From Terriglobia bacterium (GTDB lineage Bacteria > Acidobacteriota > Terriglobia > 20CM-2-55-15): DNA of 64,000 nucleotides. Below, piece after piece: positions 19,284-28,625 of this stretch. Positions within the stretch are counted from its first letter, which is position 1; each line of letters starts with the position of its first letter. The translations under genes and the position numbers were made by a program. Below the pieces are notes generated by a model. The model saw nothing but the letters and a program-made list of their open reading frames with translations, had not been told where the DNA came from and did not search any database. Location: positions 320,001-384,000 of the forward strand of contig CBDCLE010000002.1 in the NCBI GenBank assembly GCA_965218585.1. The letters run 5' to 3'.

Positions 19284-19700
19284 ATGAACGATAAATCAAA
19301 ATCTGCGCTCTCGCTGGTGACCCCCCAAGCGCGGCACCACTTCACCCGCCTGGATCAGGTGGACCGACTCATAGGGGCTGGGGAGTCGGACTCAGACATT
19401 GGTTACATGGGGCGGCTGTTGGCGCTGTGCAGCTTGCCACGCACCAACCCTGGAAACCGCCATCAGTACGAACGTGTCAATGGACCGTACAAACTCGCCA
19501 TGCTTGCAGGTGTGGACAGCAAACTCCCGTTCGGTCACATACCCCGCCTATTGCTCGCATGGGTCTGCACTGAAGCGGTACGGACACAAAGCAGGGACTT
19601 GTTTTTAGGGAAATCTCTTTCCGTCTTTATGCGGCGATTAGGCATCGATCCGGCTGGGGCATCTTATGCCCGAGTCCGCAATCAGATGAAACGATTATTT
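19284..19700 (+). pseudogene. repA: Plasmid replication initiator RepA (RepA_C family), truncated by IS5
   Basis: LALCSLPRTNPG, YERVNG, LPFGHIPRLLLAW, LGKSLS.FMRRLG, RNQMKRLF, then IS sequence. Confidence 0.85.
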
Positions 19701-20494
19701 AGGGCGTGTTAACACTAATGAGCATGAATGTTTTATAATCAGGCATGGAGATCACACAGGAGCAGTATTGTCGCATCGAGCCGGAACTGCCGCGTCAGCG
19801 GGGCAACGTCAGTCTTTCGAACCTGACGGTCTTGAACGCCATTTTGTATGTGGCTGAGCAGGGCTGCAAGTGGCGCGGTCTGCCCAAGCGCTTTGGCAAC
19901 TGGCACACCATCTACACCCGGATGAACCGCTGGTCCAAGAACGGGGTGCTCGACGCCGTCTTCGAAAAACTCCAGCGCGAGCAACTGGTGCGCATCCGGG
20001 TGGAAGCCGTTTCGATGGACTCGACCATTGTGAAGGTGCATCCCGACGGCACGGGAGCGTTAAAAAAAACGGTCCGCAAGCGATCGGCAAATCCCGCGGT
20101 GGATGGACCACCAAGATTCATCTGGTTGCCGCGAATGCTCGAACGGCGATAACGTTTGCGCTCTCGCCCGGCCAAGCGCACGACGCCCCGCAGGGCCGCG
20201 ATCTGCTCGCCGGCCTGGGGCCGTTGCCCGCGCCGCTGCCGCTGCTGATGGACCGTGCCTACCAGGACGACCAGACCCGCCAATTGGCTCTGGATTTTGG
20301 GTGGATTCCCGTCGTGCCGCCCAAGCGCAACCGCCTGGAGCCGTGGGAATACGACCGCGTGCTCTACCGCCGCAGGAACGAAGTCGAGAGGCTCTTCCGC
20401 CGACTCAAGGGTTTTCGGCGTATCTTCTCCCGTTTCGATAAACTCGACGTCATGTTCCTCGCCTTCCTTCACTTCGCACTCATCGTCGACCCTA
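19701..20494 (+). mobile_element. IS5-family (IS427-like) insertion sequence, right end mostly lost
   Basis: Left end agggcgtgttaacact; the right end retains only ccct before the fdx stop codon. Confidence 0.85.
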
Positions 20495-20544
20495 GTGAGC
20501 TTCTCGGGCCGCGTTTCTATTCCAATCCGGAATATAAACGATGA
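19745..20544 (+). CDS. IS5-family transposase, two ORFs joined by -1 frameshift at A8 (20062-20069)
   Basis: GCKWRGLPKRFGNWHTIYTRMNRWS; DSTIVKVH; GKSRGGWTTKIH; DRAY; YRRRNEVERLFRRLK; native stop lost so the frame runs into fdx. Confidence 0.88.
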
Positions 20545-20902
20545 GGTTGCGGGTGCCGTTTCCCACACTCTGACACGACAGTCGGCTTTCAGGGGTCAGT
20601 CCCGGGGCAAACGAGAGTTGATCCTCCTCTCCGTCGCTCATTTCCGATAACGTCTCCCCGCCTTCCTGAACAATGGAGTGGCACGTCGCGCAGGCACACA
20701 CACCGCCGCACGCATGGTCGATTTCGATTCCATGGGCTAACGCTACATCGAGAATACTGCCGGGCAGGCCTGTGTCGCCGTAAGGGATCCGATCCGGATC
20801 CACTTCCACAGTCACATTCATCGGGAGAAAAGTAACTGTGAATTTTCCGGTCGGTTGTTCAACCGCGGCCAGTTCGTCGAAATACGGATTGCGCCCACCC
20901 AT
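20492..20902 (-). CDS. fdx: 2Fe-2S ferredoxin (ISC/adrenodoxin type)
   Basis: HACGGVCACATCH ... SRLSCQ; likely start MGGRNPY at 20902. Confidence 0.9.
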   Translation of the reverse strand: MGGRNPYFDELAAVEQPTGKFTVTFLPMNVTVEVDPDRIPYGDTGLPGSILDVALAHGIEIDHACGGVCACATCHSIVQEGGETLSEMSDGEEDQLSFAPGLTPESRLSCQSVGNGTRNLIVYIPDWNRNAAREAH

Positions 20903-20937
20903 CTTGATCTCGATGTTAGCACGTGGGGCAGGCATGC

Positions 20938-20963
20938 GTGGGGACAGAGGAATCTGTCCCCAC
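20938..20963. repeat. Perfect REP-like hairpin
   Basis: gtggggacaga-ggaa-tctgtccccac. Confidence 0.7.
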
Positions 20964-20969
20964 AGATGG

Positions 20970-21485
20970 CTACTGCAAGGATCGCAGTTCGTTCATTATG
21001 ATGCCCATCGGCGCTCTTTCCGAGGCAGTCATACCCACAAAATCCCAGCGGATCTGGCCTTCGCGATCGATGATGAAGGCAGCAGGACGGGAAATCCCTT
21101 CCTGTGGATGGAGTACGTCATAGGCATTGATGAAAGTTCTGAAGTTATCCGACAGAACGGGAAACCTCAGACCCAGATCCAGAACTGTCTGACGCGCAGT
21201 CACGGGAGGATCTGCACTCAGGGCTATGAGCTCTGCATCGAGCCCTTGAATCTCTTCGTAATATGTTTGCAACTCACCGAGCTGCGCTTGGCAGAACGGT
21301 CACGTGTGCATCCGGTAAAACACGACCAGGACGTTCTTGTCACCTTTGAAGTAGTCCAGATTGACAGAAACACCCTGAACGGCCATACCGCTGATGTTCG
21401 GGGCCTCTCCCTGTACCTGTGCCGCAGATGGAATCGCGGCCAGGACGAAAAGGCAAGTAATCAACAGGTATCGAGTTATCTTCAT
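20970..21485 (-). CDS. AhpC/TSA (peroxiredoxin-like) selenoprotein with signal peptide; Sec at TGA 21302-21300
   Basis: The two track ORFs (21300-21485 and 20970-21272) are in the same frame and read VVFYRMHT-U-PFCQAQLGELQ...VLSD...RPAAFIIDREG.IRW; SECIS-like hairpin downstream. Confidence 0.88.
21269..21285 (-). promoter_or_regulatory. Putative bacterial SECIS element
   Basis: mRNA GCAGCUC-GGU-GAGUUGC stem-loop starting 14 nt 3' of the in-frame UGA. Confidence 0.75.
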
Positions 21486-21487
21486 AT

Positions 21488-22153
21488 CTATCGTTCGGCC
21501 TCCTCTCTAGAGGTACTTGAAGTCATCGGTACAAATCGTACCGGAATGCGCTCTCGGATGTCTATCCCGAAGCCTTCCCGGCGGGTGACAACAGATAGAA
21601 CCTGCTCACCACCCTCACGCTCGAGCGGCAGCACCATTATGCCGCCGGGCGACAACTGCTCGACCAACCTTGGGGGGACACGCGGTGCGCAGGCTGTCAC
21701 AATGATGCGATCGAACGGCGCAAATCCGGACCAGCCGTCCCAACCGTCCGCATAACGAAATCGAACGTTGGAATATCCGAGCCGGTCCAGGCATCGACGC
21801 GCACCGTCCAGCAGGCCCTCCCGAACCTCAACCGTAAGGACTTCAGCAACAATCTCGGCAAGAACAGCGGTCTGATATCCCGAACCCGTCCCGATCTCCA
21901 GAACCCGAAAATCCGGCCGAAGATCCAGCATCTCGGTCATCAGCCCTACGATGTAGGGTTGGGAAATCGTCTGTTCTTCCCCGATGAGCAGCGGCGAGTC
22001 GGCATAGGCTTCGTCTACGTGATCGGGGGGAACGAACTCCTGCCTTGGAACACCGCGCATGGCGTCGAGTACCCGCGAGTCATGAATGCCGCGGGCCACC
22101 ATCTGCTCGGAGACCATTCTCTCACGTGCGCTTTCAAACCGGTCCGTTTTCAA
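21488..22153 (-). CDS. pcm: Protein-L-isoaspartate O-methyltransferase
   Basis: QTISQPYIV, VLEIGTGSGYQTAVLA, PFDRIIVTA, VRFVPM. Confidence 0.95.
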   Translation of the reverse strand: MKTDRFESARERMVSEQMVARGIHDSRVLDAMRGVPRQEFVPPDHVDEAYADSPLLIGEEQTISQPYIVGLMTEMLDLRPDFRVLEIGTGSGYQTAVLAEIVAEVLTVEVREGLLDGARRCLDRLGYSNVRFRYADGWDGWSGFAPFDRIIVTACAPRVPPRLVEQLSPGGIMVLPLEREGGEQVLSVVTRREGFGIDIRERIPVRFVPMTSSTSREEAER

Positions 22154-22896
22154 GGTTCGATACCAATGACGGCAAACATCCTTCCGGCACCATCACCGTC
22201 ACGCCTGTAGGAATGGAAGAGGTCTCCCCGGCAGCGTGTACACAGTTTTGAGACGGAGACCCCCTCGGAAGGAACTCCCGCCTCGAGAAGCTGTTTGCGA
22301 TTGGCTTCGCCGAGATTGAGATGCGGCTTCCGACGCCCCGGTTTTCTTTCGAAAATCGTGGGGTCTCGAAACCACTCGTAGACTTCCTCGCCGACCTCCA
22401 TGCAACAAACTCCGATGTGGGGCCCCAACGCAACCACGAGTTCTGACGCAGGGATCGAGAACCTTGAAACGACGGAGTCGACAACCTGCCGCACGACACC
22501 TTCGGACGTGCCCCGCCACCCTGCATGCGCGGTGGCAACCGCCTGGCCGTCCCGGGACGCAATCAGGACAGGAACGCAGTCGGCTGTTCGGATCTCAAGT
22601 CCCATCCCAGCCAGCCCGGTGTAGGGTGCATCGCCCTCGGGTGTCTCGTTGGCAAACTCGTTGTCATCTACGTGGTGCGTGATATTGGAATGGATCTGTT
22701 TCAAACGTCCGACCGGCCAACCCGCAAGGCCAACGGCTGCGATAAACCCATCCCTCTCATCCGAACCGGACACATCCCGTTCTCCGATGCCGGTGCCGAC
22801 TCGACGTGTCGAGAATCCATGAACCACGCCGGAAACTCCATCGAGAATCGGTGCCTTGAGAAAAGTAACGTTCGAGTTGCGATGGGCTTGTAACAT
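22150..22896 (-). CDS. pgeF: PgeF/YfiH family protein
   Basis: HGFSTR, QIHS, TADCVP, HAGWRG, GPHIG.CC.EV, FHSYRRD. Confidence 0.93.
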   Translation of the reverse strand: MLQAHRNSNVTFLKAPILDGVSGVVHGFSTRRVGTGIGERDVSGSDERDGFIAAVGLAGWPVGRLKQIHSNITHHVDDNEFANETPEGDAPYTGLAGMGLEIRTADCVPVLIASRDGQAVATAHAGWRGTSEGVVRQVVDSVVSRFSIPASELVVALGPHIGVCCMEVGEEVYEWFRDPTIFERKPGRRKPHLNLGEANRKQLLEAGVPSEGVSVSKLCTRCRGDLFHSYRRDGDGAGRMFAVIGIEP

Positions 22897-22969
22897 AGAG
22901 CGGTTTCAGCGAGCTGCCCAGAGTTCGAACCTGCGGCTGATGGCGGGCTCGATTCGAAGGAGAGATGAC

Positions 22970-23347
22970 TTGATCGTAGGCATCGGCATTGACGTCATAG
23001 AGAACAAGAGAATCGCTCGCTCCCTGGAGCGGTTTCCCAACCGCTTTGTCTCGCGCATCTACACGGAACGCGAATCTGAATACTGCCAGAGCTGTGTCGC
23101 GCCTGCAATCCACTATGCCGCACGATTCGCAGCCAAAGAAGCCGCATTCAAAGCCCTCGGAACCGGATGGGCCAAGGGCGTTAAATGGAAAGACGTTGAA
23201 GTCGAACGCCTGCGATCAGGACAACCTATACTGCATCTCTACGGTGCTGCACTGGAGCGGGCGAAATCAATGGGGGCGACGAACTTCCTCGTCTCACTGA
23301 CGCATGATCAGACGATCTCGGCCGCCGTCGTCGTCATGGAGACCTGA
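22970..23347 (+). CDS. acpS: Holo-[ACP] synthase
   Basis: RBS GAAGGAG, TTG start; IVGIGIDVIE, AARFAAKEAAFKALGTG, VSLTHD. Confidence 0.95.
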   Translation: MIVGIGIDVIENKRIARSLERFPNRFVSRIYTERESEYCQSCVAPAIHYAARFAAKEAAFKALGTGWAKGVKWKDVEVERLRSGQPILHLYGAALERAKSMGATNFLVSLTHDQTISAAVVVMET

Positions 23348-23444
23348 TAACAAAGGTTTTGTAGCGACAGCGACGGAAACCATTTTCCTTTCGGGTAACA
23401 CAGGGGTAACAAAACATCCGCCTAACCCCATTTTGTCCTTCAAC

Positions 23445-25193
23445 TCAAGTCTGATCAGCGACAATCAAAACTCCCGGCCGTATTGCCTCATTTAAAAATG
23501 TTACCGAACTGAGGGTTGTTGCCTCATTAGAAATGTTACCGAACGACCGGTCAAACGGGAGAGTTCTTCCCGCCGTCGAGGCTGTGGGGCGACCGCCTTT
23601 TCCACAGCCCCCGTCGCCCGCAGATGCTGAAGCCGGGCGGACCCGATCCAGTTCGAGCCACTCGCCATCGAAAGTCTCCAGAATCTGACGCCGCCATTCG
23701 CGCACGCGCCGCTGCAGGGTCCGTAACTGACCGTTGGGGTAACGTCCCGGGTGCCGCTGCTGAAGCTCAAGCAACAGCGACTTTGATGTTCGCCCGGGAT
23801 CGGATTCAAGCCATGACCGCATCTCCTCCCAGACGCCGTCGAACGGGTCCGGGCGAGTACGCCAGGTGTGGGGCACAGGTTGTTTCCGTGTTTTGCGATA
23901 CCGACGCGTGATTCGTTGCTCGAAGCCGGGATCGGGGAGTTCCGCCTCAATCGGGGCTCGGTCTGCATCTGCGCCGCAATTCGGGGACACAAGGGCGGCG
24001 CGCACGATGTCGTCCGTTAGCGTGGGAGAGGCCAGTTCCTTCGCATGTCTCCAGAATGCATCCTGGAGTTTCTCAAGCTGTCGTAGGAGATCGACCGGAT
24101 CCGAACGTTCATAACTCGCAGCAAGGCGAACGCGAACCTCCGGGTCGAGCGCATCCGAATTCGAGAGCCGTTGATAGGGCGTTTGCGCGATATCGTAGCG
24201 TTTCGTCACCCGGGATCCATCGCGAGTCTTCGTCGTGAGCTTCATGGACGGCTGGAAGAAGTTCACGTAGAACCGGACGACCCGATAGAGTTCGGCAAGC
24301 TGTCTGTAGGCCAATGAGCCTTCGTAGCGGTCGTAGCCGACCAATTGGCGGACGATCGAGCCGTTCTTCTGTTCGACGAAGCACTGGTCGTTCTTCCGGC
24401 GCGCCCGGCCTCGGGTGAATTGAATCGTTTCACGCTCGCAGTAGGCGAGGAGTCCGTAGTTCATGAACTCGGAACCGTTATCCGTGTCCAGGCCGACAAG
24501 CTGAAACGGAAGGATCTGCCGTGCCGTCGTGAGCGCCTGCAGAATGTCCGCCTCCGTACGCCGTAGCAACGCCAGACATTCGGTCCAGCCGGTCGCCACG
24601 TCGGTCAATACCAGGGTGTGGAGGAAAGGGCCTTCCGAGTTCCCGCCGCAGTGTGCAACCAAGTCCGCTTCCATGAATCCCGGCCGCGTGTCCGCCCAGT
24701 CGGCGAATGTGCGAATCGGAACGCGGTGTTTGAGTAACTGTCCGGACTTGGTGGTGGTCTTGCCGTGCGGTCGATGATCGAATCGGAATTGACGGAAGAT
24801 CCGATCAGCCGTGGCGGCGCTCAGCTCAAGCAGGTCCGCCCGCGTTTTATCGGACAAAGACAGATGCCCGTGACGCTCCATGGTCGGGATCAGCTCCGGC
24901 AGAAACGGAACGAGCCGTTTGCCACACACGTAATTGACTGTGCGCCAGGCCGCGATCAGGGCGGCCTGCACCGCGGGGCCGTATCGACGGACCCGGCCGC
25001 GCCGCTCCTGTCGGGGCCGTTCGCCCCTCAGAATGTCGTTCAGAAGCCGTGTCGCGTGCTTCCGATGGAACCCGGTCGATTCAAGGAACTCATCCAGGAT
25101 TCGCTTCTTCTCCGGTCGCGCCGCATTCTTGTAGCGAACCGCCGTTCGTAGAGCTAATTCTCGCCTTGCCGCAACAGTCATGTGTGTCCTCAC
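23445..25193 (-). CDS. Integrase-core (DDE) transposase with a C-terminal IstA-like HTH
   Basis: GFMEADLVAHCG, TDVATGWTE, DTDNGSEF, VEQKN; C-terminal WRTRPDPF...LRTLQRRVREWR. Confidence 0.88.
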   Translation of the reverse strand: MRTHMTVAARRELALRTAVRYKNAARPEKKRILDEFLESTGFHRKHATRLLNDILRGERPRQERRGRVRRYGPAVQAALIAAWRTVNYVCGKRLVPFLPELIPTMERHGHLSLSDKTRADLLELSAATADRIFRQFRFDHRPHGKTTTKSGQLLKHRVPIRTFADWADTRPGFMEADLVAHCGGNSEGPFLHTLVLTDVATGWTECLALLRRTEADILQALTTARQILPFQLVGLDTDNGSEFMNYGLLAYCERETIQFTRGRARRKNDQCFVEQKNGSIVRQLVGYDRYEGSLAYRQLAELYRVVRFYVNFFQPSMKLTTKTRDGSRVTKRYDIAQTPYQRLSNSDALDPEVRVRLAASYERSDPVDLLRQLEKLQDAFWRHAKELASPTLTDDIVRAALVSPNCGADADRAPIEAELPDPGFEQRITRRYRKTRKQPVPHTWRTRPDPFDGVWEEMRSWLESDPGRTSKSLLLELQQRHPGRYPNGQLRTLQRRVREWRRQILETFDGEWLELDRVRPASASAGDGGCGKGGRPTASTAGRTLPFDRSFGNISNEATTLSSVTFLNEAIRPGVLIVADQT

Positions 25194-25307
25194 TTCCCAC
25201 CTCCGTTCTCATAGAGTTGGGTAACATTTCTAATGAGGCAACAACCCTCAGTTCGGTAACATTTTCAATGAGTCAATGCGAGAAGGAATTCTGATTGACG
25301 TTGGACA
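23452..25307 (-). mobile_element. ISNCY (ISLbi1-like)/IS21-like element with ~90-bp imperfect terminal inverted repeats
   Basis: TG...CA ends; both ends carry two tandem copies of tgcctcattagaaatgttacc in inverted orientation; no target duplication found. Confidence 0.8.
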
Positions 25308-25670
25308 AGCCCTGGCAGTTCGAAGTCGATGCTGAAGATGGGTTCGCCTCTTACAAGCGCTCCATTGTCGACTCCGGGATGTGGTCGGCCTATGATCGTG
25401 AAATCACCCGGATCCTTTAAAGGAACGGCTTCCATGTCCGGCGGGTCGAGCGTGGACGCGAGCCCGGCAAGCTCACCATAGGTCATACTCCGATCGGTGG
25501 CTTCGTGAGTGACAACTCCGGTAGAAGTCGAGCATTCCTCTGCCAGAACGTCCCAGGTCTGGGCGCTGCGCTGAGCAACATCTGACGGGCTGCGGCCCCG
25601 ACCAGGCGCAATGGTTCCCAGTTGACCGGGGTCGCTGTACTTCCTCCAGCCAGCTGCAGACCAAATAGTC
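25308..25670 (-). pseudogene. iorB/xdh-like molybdopterin subunit, middle fragment (frameshifted, truncated by ISNCY)
   Basis: [31 protein letters not shown], then a frameshift, then TYGELA...PLKDPGDFTIIG...GEPIFSID. Confidence 0.85.
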
Positions 25671-25718
25671 GGTGATTATATACTTTACACACAAAACGCA
25701 GGGGGTTAGCATGGCCCG

Positions 25719-26101
25719 ATGTCGCGCTGGAAGAATAGCGAACTCTCGCCTTGGAAAGCTGTCGCTGCTTTGGGTGGCTCATGTGGCCTACTGGTCGATT
25801 TTCAGGGGGCTACCACGAAAATGACGCAGGTCATTCCAATCGTGGGAGCCTTCCTTCCCATTGTTGCTATCAGCGTGACGATATTGTCTATAGGTTGGGT
25901 CGTGGTCACTATGCAGAGCGCGATTAGAAGAATGCTTCCGAGTGGACGATTTTACGTTCTCCATGAGGATATTGAAGAAGTTCTTGATGCTCTGCTCGTC
26001 GACGTTTCGATAAGGAGAGACTACATCTCAGCTAAGACAGAGGTAAAAATGCTGAGACTTAGGGATAGGCTCAACGCATTGGGTGTGCCATCTCCTGTTC
26101 T
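25719..26101 (+). pseudogene. Hypothetical membrane protein (passenger gene) interrupted by IS256; remainder after 27467
   Basis: TM segment; the reading frame resumes PVLDTKQWYN after the IS. Confidence 0.55.
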
Positions 26102-27466
26102 GAGGTCGTTCCAATCGGTGTGTAAAAAGAGAAGGCGGTGTACGCTTTCGGTGAATTCGAAACCGTAAGCAATCCCGGCAGCAATCGGGAGAAAGGTACA
26201 CCACCCATGAAGAAGAAGAACATACCGGCATCAGTGGCGTCAACGAACGCGTATGAAGGTTTGGAGGACTGGGCGCGATCCCGGGTCCAAGTCTGGCTAC
26301 AGGAGCTGCTCGAGGACGAAGTCACTCAATTTCTGGGTCGGGAAAAGTCGGAGCGGAGTCCGAATCGACGAGGATACCGGAACGGTCACGGGAAACCGCG
26401 ACGCTTCGCAATGATGAACGGTACGATGGAGGTTCGACGACCTCGGGTTCGAAACACCGCCGAGCGGTTCGAGAGTCAGATCCTGCCGTATTTTCGACGG
26501 AAATCGAAACAGCTGGGCGAGCTACTTCCCGATCTCTACCTCCACGGCCTGGCCACAGGGGACTTCGAGCAGGCCATGCGCGGACTGCTTGGCGCTGGCG
26601 CTCCGTTGTCGCGAGCATCGATCCAACGACTGAAATCGATCTGGCAGTTGGAGTATGACGAGTGGGTCCAGCAGGACCTGTCCGGCCTCGAGGTCGTGTA
26701 CCAGTGGGCAGACGGCTTGTACGTGAAAGCGGGGATCGCGAAAGAGCGAGCGGCATTGCTGGTGATCATCGGAGCCTTGTCAGACGGGCGCAAAGTGCTG
26801 TTGGCCTGTGAGAGCGGGCAGCGGGAAAGCAAGGAGTCCTGGAGCCGCATTCTGCGCAATCTCCAGAGACGGGGCCTGAAGCTGGGACGGCTGACTGTCG
26901 CGGACGGTCACCTGGGCATCTGGTCCGCGCTGGCCGAGCAACAGCCCCAGGGCCAGGAACAACGCTGCTGGAACCACAAGTCGATCAACGTGGTCGATCA
27001 TCTGCCGAAGACCGAGCAGCCCGCGGCCAGACAGCTGCTTCATGGGATGGCCTTCGCGAACTCCCGCGCGGCCTGCGAACGAAAGCGGGATCAGTTCGTC
27101 CGCCGATATGAGAAGAACTATCCCAAAGCGGGTGAGACGCTGTTGCGGGACTGGGACCGGATGATTACTTTCTATGAGTTCCCGAAACAACACTGGGTGC
27201 ATCTGAGAACAACCAACATCGTCGAATCGCCCTTCGACATGGTTCGCCTCCGCACCAACGCCGCTCGCCGATTCAAGCGTGTCGAGAATGCAACGGCAAT
27301 GATCTGGAAGCTACTACGTGTCGCTGAGAAGGCTTGGCGACACTTAAAAGGATCCGAACTCTTACAAGAGGTCTATGATGGTCAGCAATTCGCTGACGGC
27401 ATCAGAGTCGTGATGAAATCGAAGGCCGCCGCCTGATGACTTTTACACACCTTTTGTAATGACCTC
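26102..27466 (+). mobile_element. IS256-family element, copy 1
   Basis: IRs gaggtcgttccaatcggtgtgtaaaa / ttttacacaccttttgtaatgacctc; perfect 8-bp TSD cctgttct (26094-26101 and 27467-27474). Confidence 0.95.
26207..27436 (+). CDS. IS256-family (mutator-type) transposase
   Basis: GYRNG, YQWADG, RESKESW, ADGHLG, QRCWNHK, LRTTNIVES. Confidence 0.95.
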   Translation: MKKKNIPASVASTNAYEGLEDWARSRVQVWLQELLEDEVTQFLGREKSERSPNRRGYRNGHGKPRRFAMMNGTMEVRRPRVRNTAERFESQILPYFRRKSKQLGELLPDLYLHGLATGDFEQAMRGLLGAGAPLSRASIQRLKSIWQLEYDEWVQQDLSGLEVVYQWADGLYVKAGIAKERAALLVIIGALSDGRKVLLACESGQRESKESWSRILRNLQRRGLKLGRLTVADGHLGIWSALAEQQPQGQEQRCWNHKSINVVDHLPKTEQPAARQLLHGMAFANSRAACERKRDQFVRRYEKNYPKAGETLLRDWDRMITFYEFPKQHWVHLRTTNIVESPFDMVRLRTNAARRFKRVENATAMIWKLLRVAEKAWRHLKGSELLQEVYDGQQFADGIRVVMKSKAAA

Positions 27467-27652
27467 CCTGTTCTGGATACAAAACAGTGGTACAACTTGG
27501 CTCCCCCTCCTTCTTGCTAAATCAATGGGAAGGGATCTCAAATTCGCAAGAAAGTATGAATTTGAAAAAATTGCCCCGTCCAGCGATACCGAGCGGGCGA
27601 ATCATGACGGGGGAGAAGAATGAAACTCTCCCCCGTTTCACGGTCGCTATTT

Positions 27653-28168
27653 CTAGGGAAATCTTTCCCTGAAGTAGTCCCGGACTTCATCAACCACGGC
27701 GTTCTCGGTGGATCTGGAGCTTCCACCAAGGAAGCCGCCAGAAATCTCTCCTTCGAAGTCCCCTTCGAACACCTTCTCCCCTGTGGTCTTGTTGATCATG
27801 ATCCCGCGCATGGTCATATAGCTCTTTCCAGTTCCAAATCCGATGAGGTACCGCTTCGCCCGAGAACCCTTCTCATAGCTGAGGATCGTGCTCTCCAAGC
27901 GCAATACCCCCTCGGTTTCATCGGTCTGTTGGGTGACGGATCGAAACCTTCTTATTTCGGATATCTTCTGGACGAGCTCTTGCCTCATGTTGATCGGAAC
28001 TTGAAACTCGACGTCCGGAACGTTGGTGTCGATCTCTGCAACCTCCAAGACGGAGAAAGCCGACAACGGCTGTGTAGCTGGAATGATCACGCTCACTCTC
28101 CGCGAAGAACACGCTGTCGTTGCGAGAAGGACAAGGGCTACCAAAGTAAGCTGCTTCTTGTGATTCAT
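27653..28168 (-). CDS. DUF4410-like lipoprotein (passenger gene)
   Basis: RBS GAGGAG; lipobox LATTAC; EKGSRAKRYLIGFGTGKS. Confidence 0.8.
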   Translation of the reverse strand: MNHKKQLTLVALVLLATTACSSRRVSVIIPATQPLSAFSVLEVAEIDTNVPDVEFQVPINMRQELVQKISEIRRFRSVTQQTDETEGVLRLESTILSYEKGSRAKRYLIGFGTGKSYMTMRGIMINKTTGEKVFEGDFEGEISGGFLGGSSRSTENAVVDEVRDYFRERFP

Positions 28169-28227
28169 AGTGTGTCTCCTCTCATATCTTTGGTTGGCGG
28201 GCGACCGGCATTGGCCGCCGGGCCAGT

Positions 28228-28337
28228 TTGCCAAAACACGCCGCGCGTTGTAGTGCGGAGCCCCACCTATTTCCCCGAAGGGTGTTGTATTCAGCGAGCA
28301 GCCCGACGATGGGCGTACACGCAACGTGTTTTGGCAA
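28228..28337 (-). ncRNA. Structured RNA leader resembling C4/Ash-type phage regulatory RNAs
   Basis: 13-bp perfect IR ttgccaaaacacg extended to ~21 bp by G-U pairs on the minus strand; internal AAUACAACACCCUUCGGGGAAAUA. Confidence 0.55.
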
Positions 28338-28342
28338 TAAGA

Positions 28343-28372
28343 AGGCTATGGCAGGAAGGAAGTTTGTGTCAA
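28343..28372 (-). promoter_or_regulatory. Sigma70-type promoter
   Basis: TTGACA-N18-TAGCCT just upstream of the structured leader. Confidence 0.5.
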
Positions 28373-28391
28373 GTAAAGAGGGAGTGATCTA

Positions 28392-28625
28392 TTGAAACGC
28401 CATAAGAAATTGATTCTCATGATTCTGCGTTACGCAGAGGAGAATGCCACTGGCAAGCCCCTACCGGCGCCGCGCTATGAGGAATACAGCCGGATAGAGG
28501 TTCTTTACCATATTGATCTTTGTCACCAAGCGGGTTATCTGGAAATCCAGAAATCGGGGAAGAATCTGAAGATTCTCAATCTCACATGGAACGGACAAGA
28601 AGAACTCGAAAGAAACCTGGACTAG
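28392..28625 (+). CDS. DUF2513-like small wHTH protein (passenger gene)
   Basis: MKR..KLI..IL...E, VLYHIDLC.QAGYLE, LTWNGQEEL. Confidence 0.75.
   Translation: MKRHKKLILMILRYAEENATGKPLPAPRYEEYSRIEVLYHIDLCHQAGYLEIQKSGKNLKILNLTWNGQEELERNLD

Larger units (their letters stand above)
1..19700 (+). mobile_element. Integrated conjugative element / integrated plasmid (VirB/D4-Trb type), left end outside the window, right end cut by IS5
   Basis: Co-oriented, tightly packed AlpA, ArdC, relaxase-like, VirB2/3/4/5/6/8/9/10/11, VirD4 and RepA genes; visibly more GC-rich than the DNA after 20.5 kb. Confidence 0.9.

Noticed and set aside
20970-21485. Two separate small genes or a nonsense pseudogene
   Set aside because: The TGA sits at the catalytic Cys position with a SECIS-like hairpin; one selenoprotein explains it better
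23481-23545. dif/Xer site or integron att site in the aaatgttacc repeats
   Set aside because: No XerC/XerD arm spacing or attC structure; fully explained as subterminal repeats mirrored at 25220-25277
27620-28387. 255-aa plus-strand ORF
   Set aside because: Antisense to the lipoprotein gene and its structured leader; no motifs
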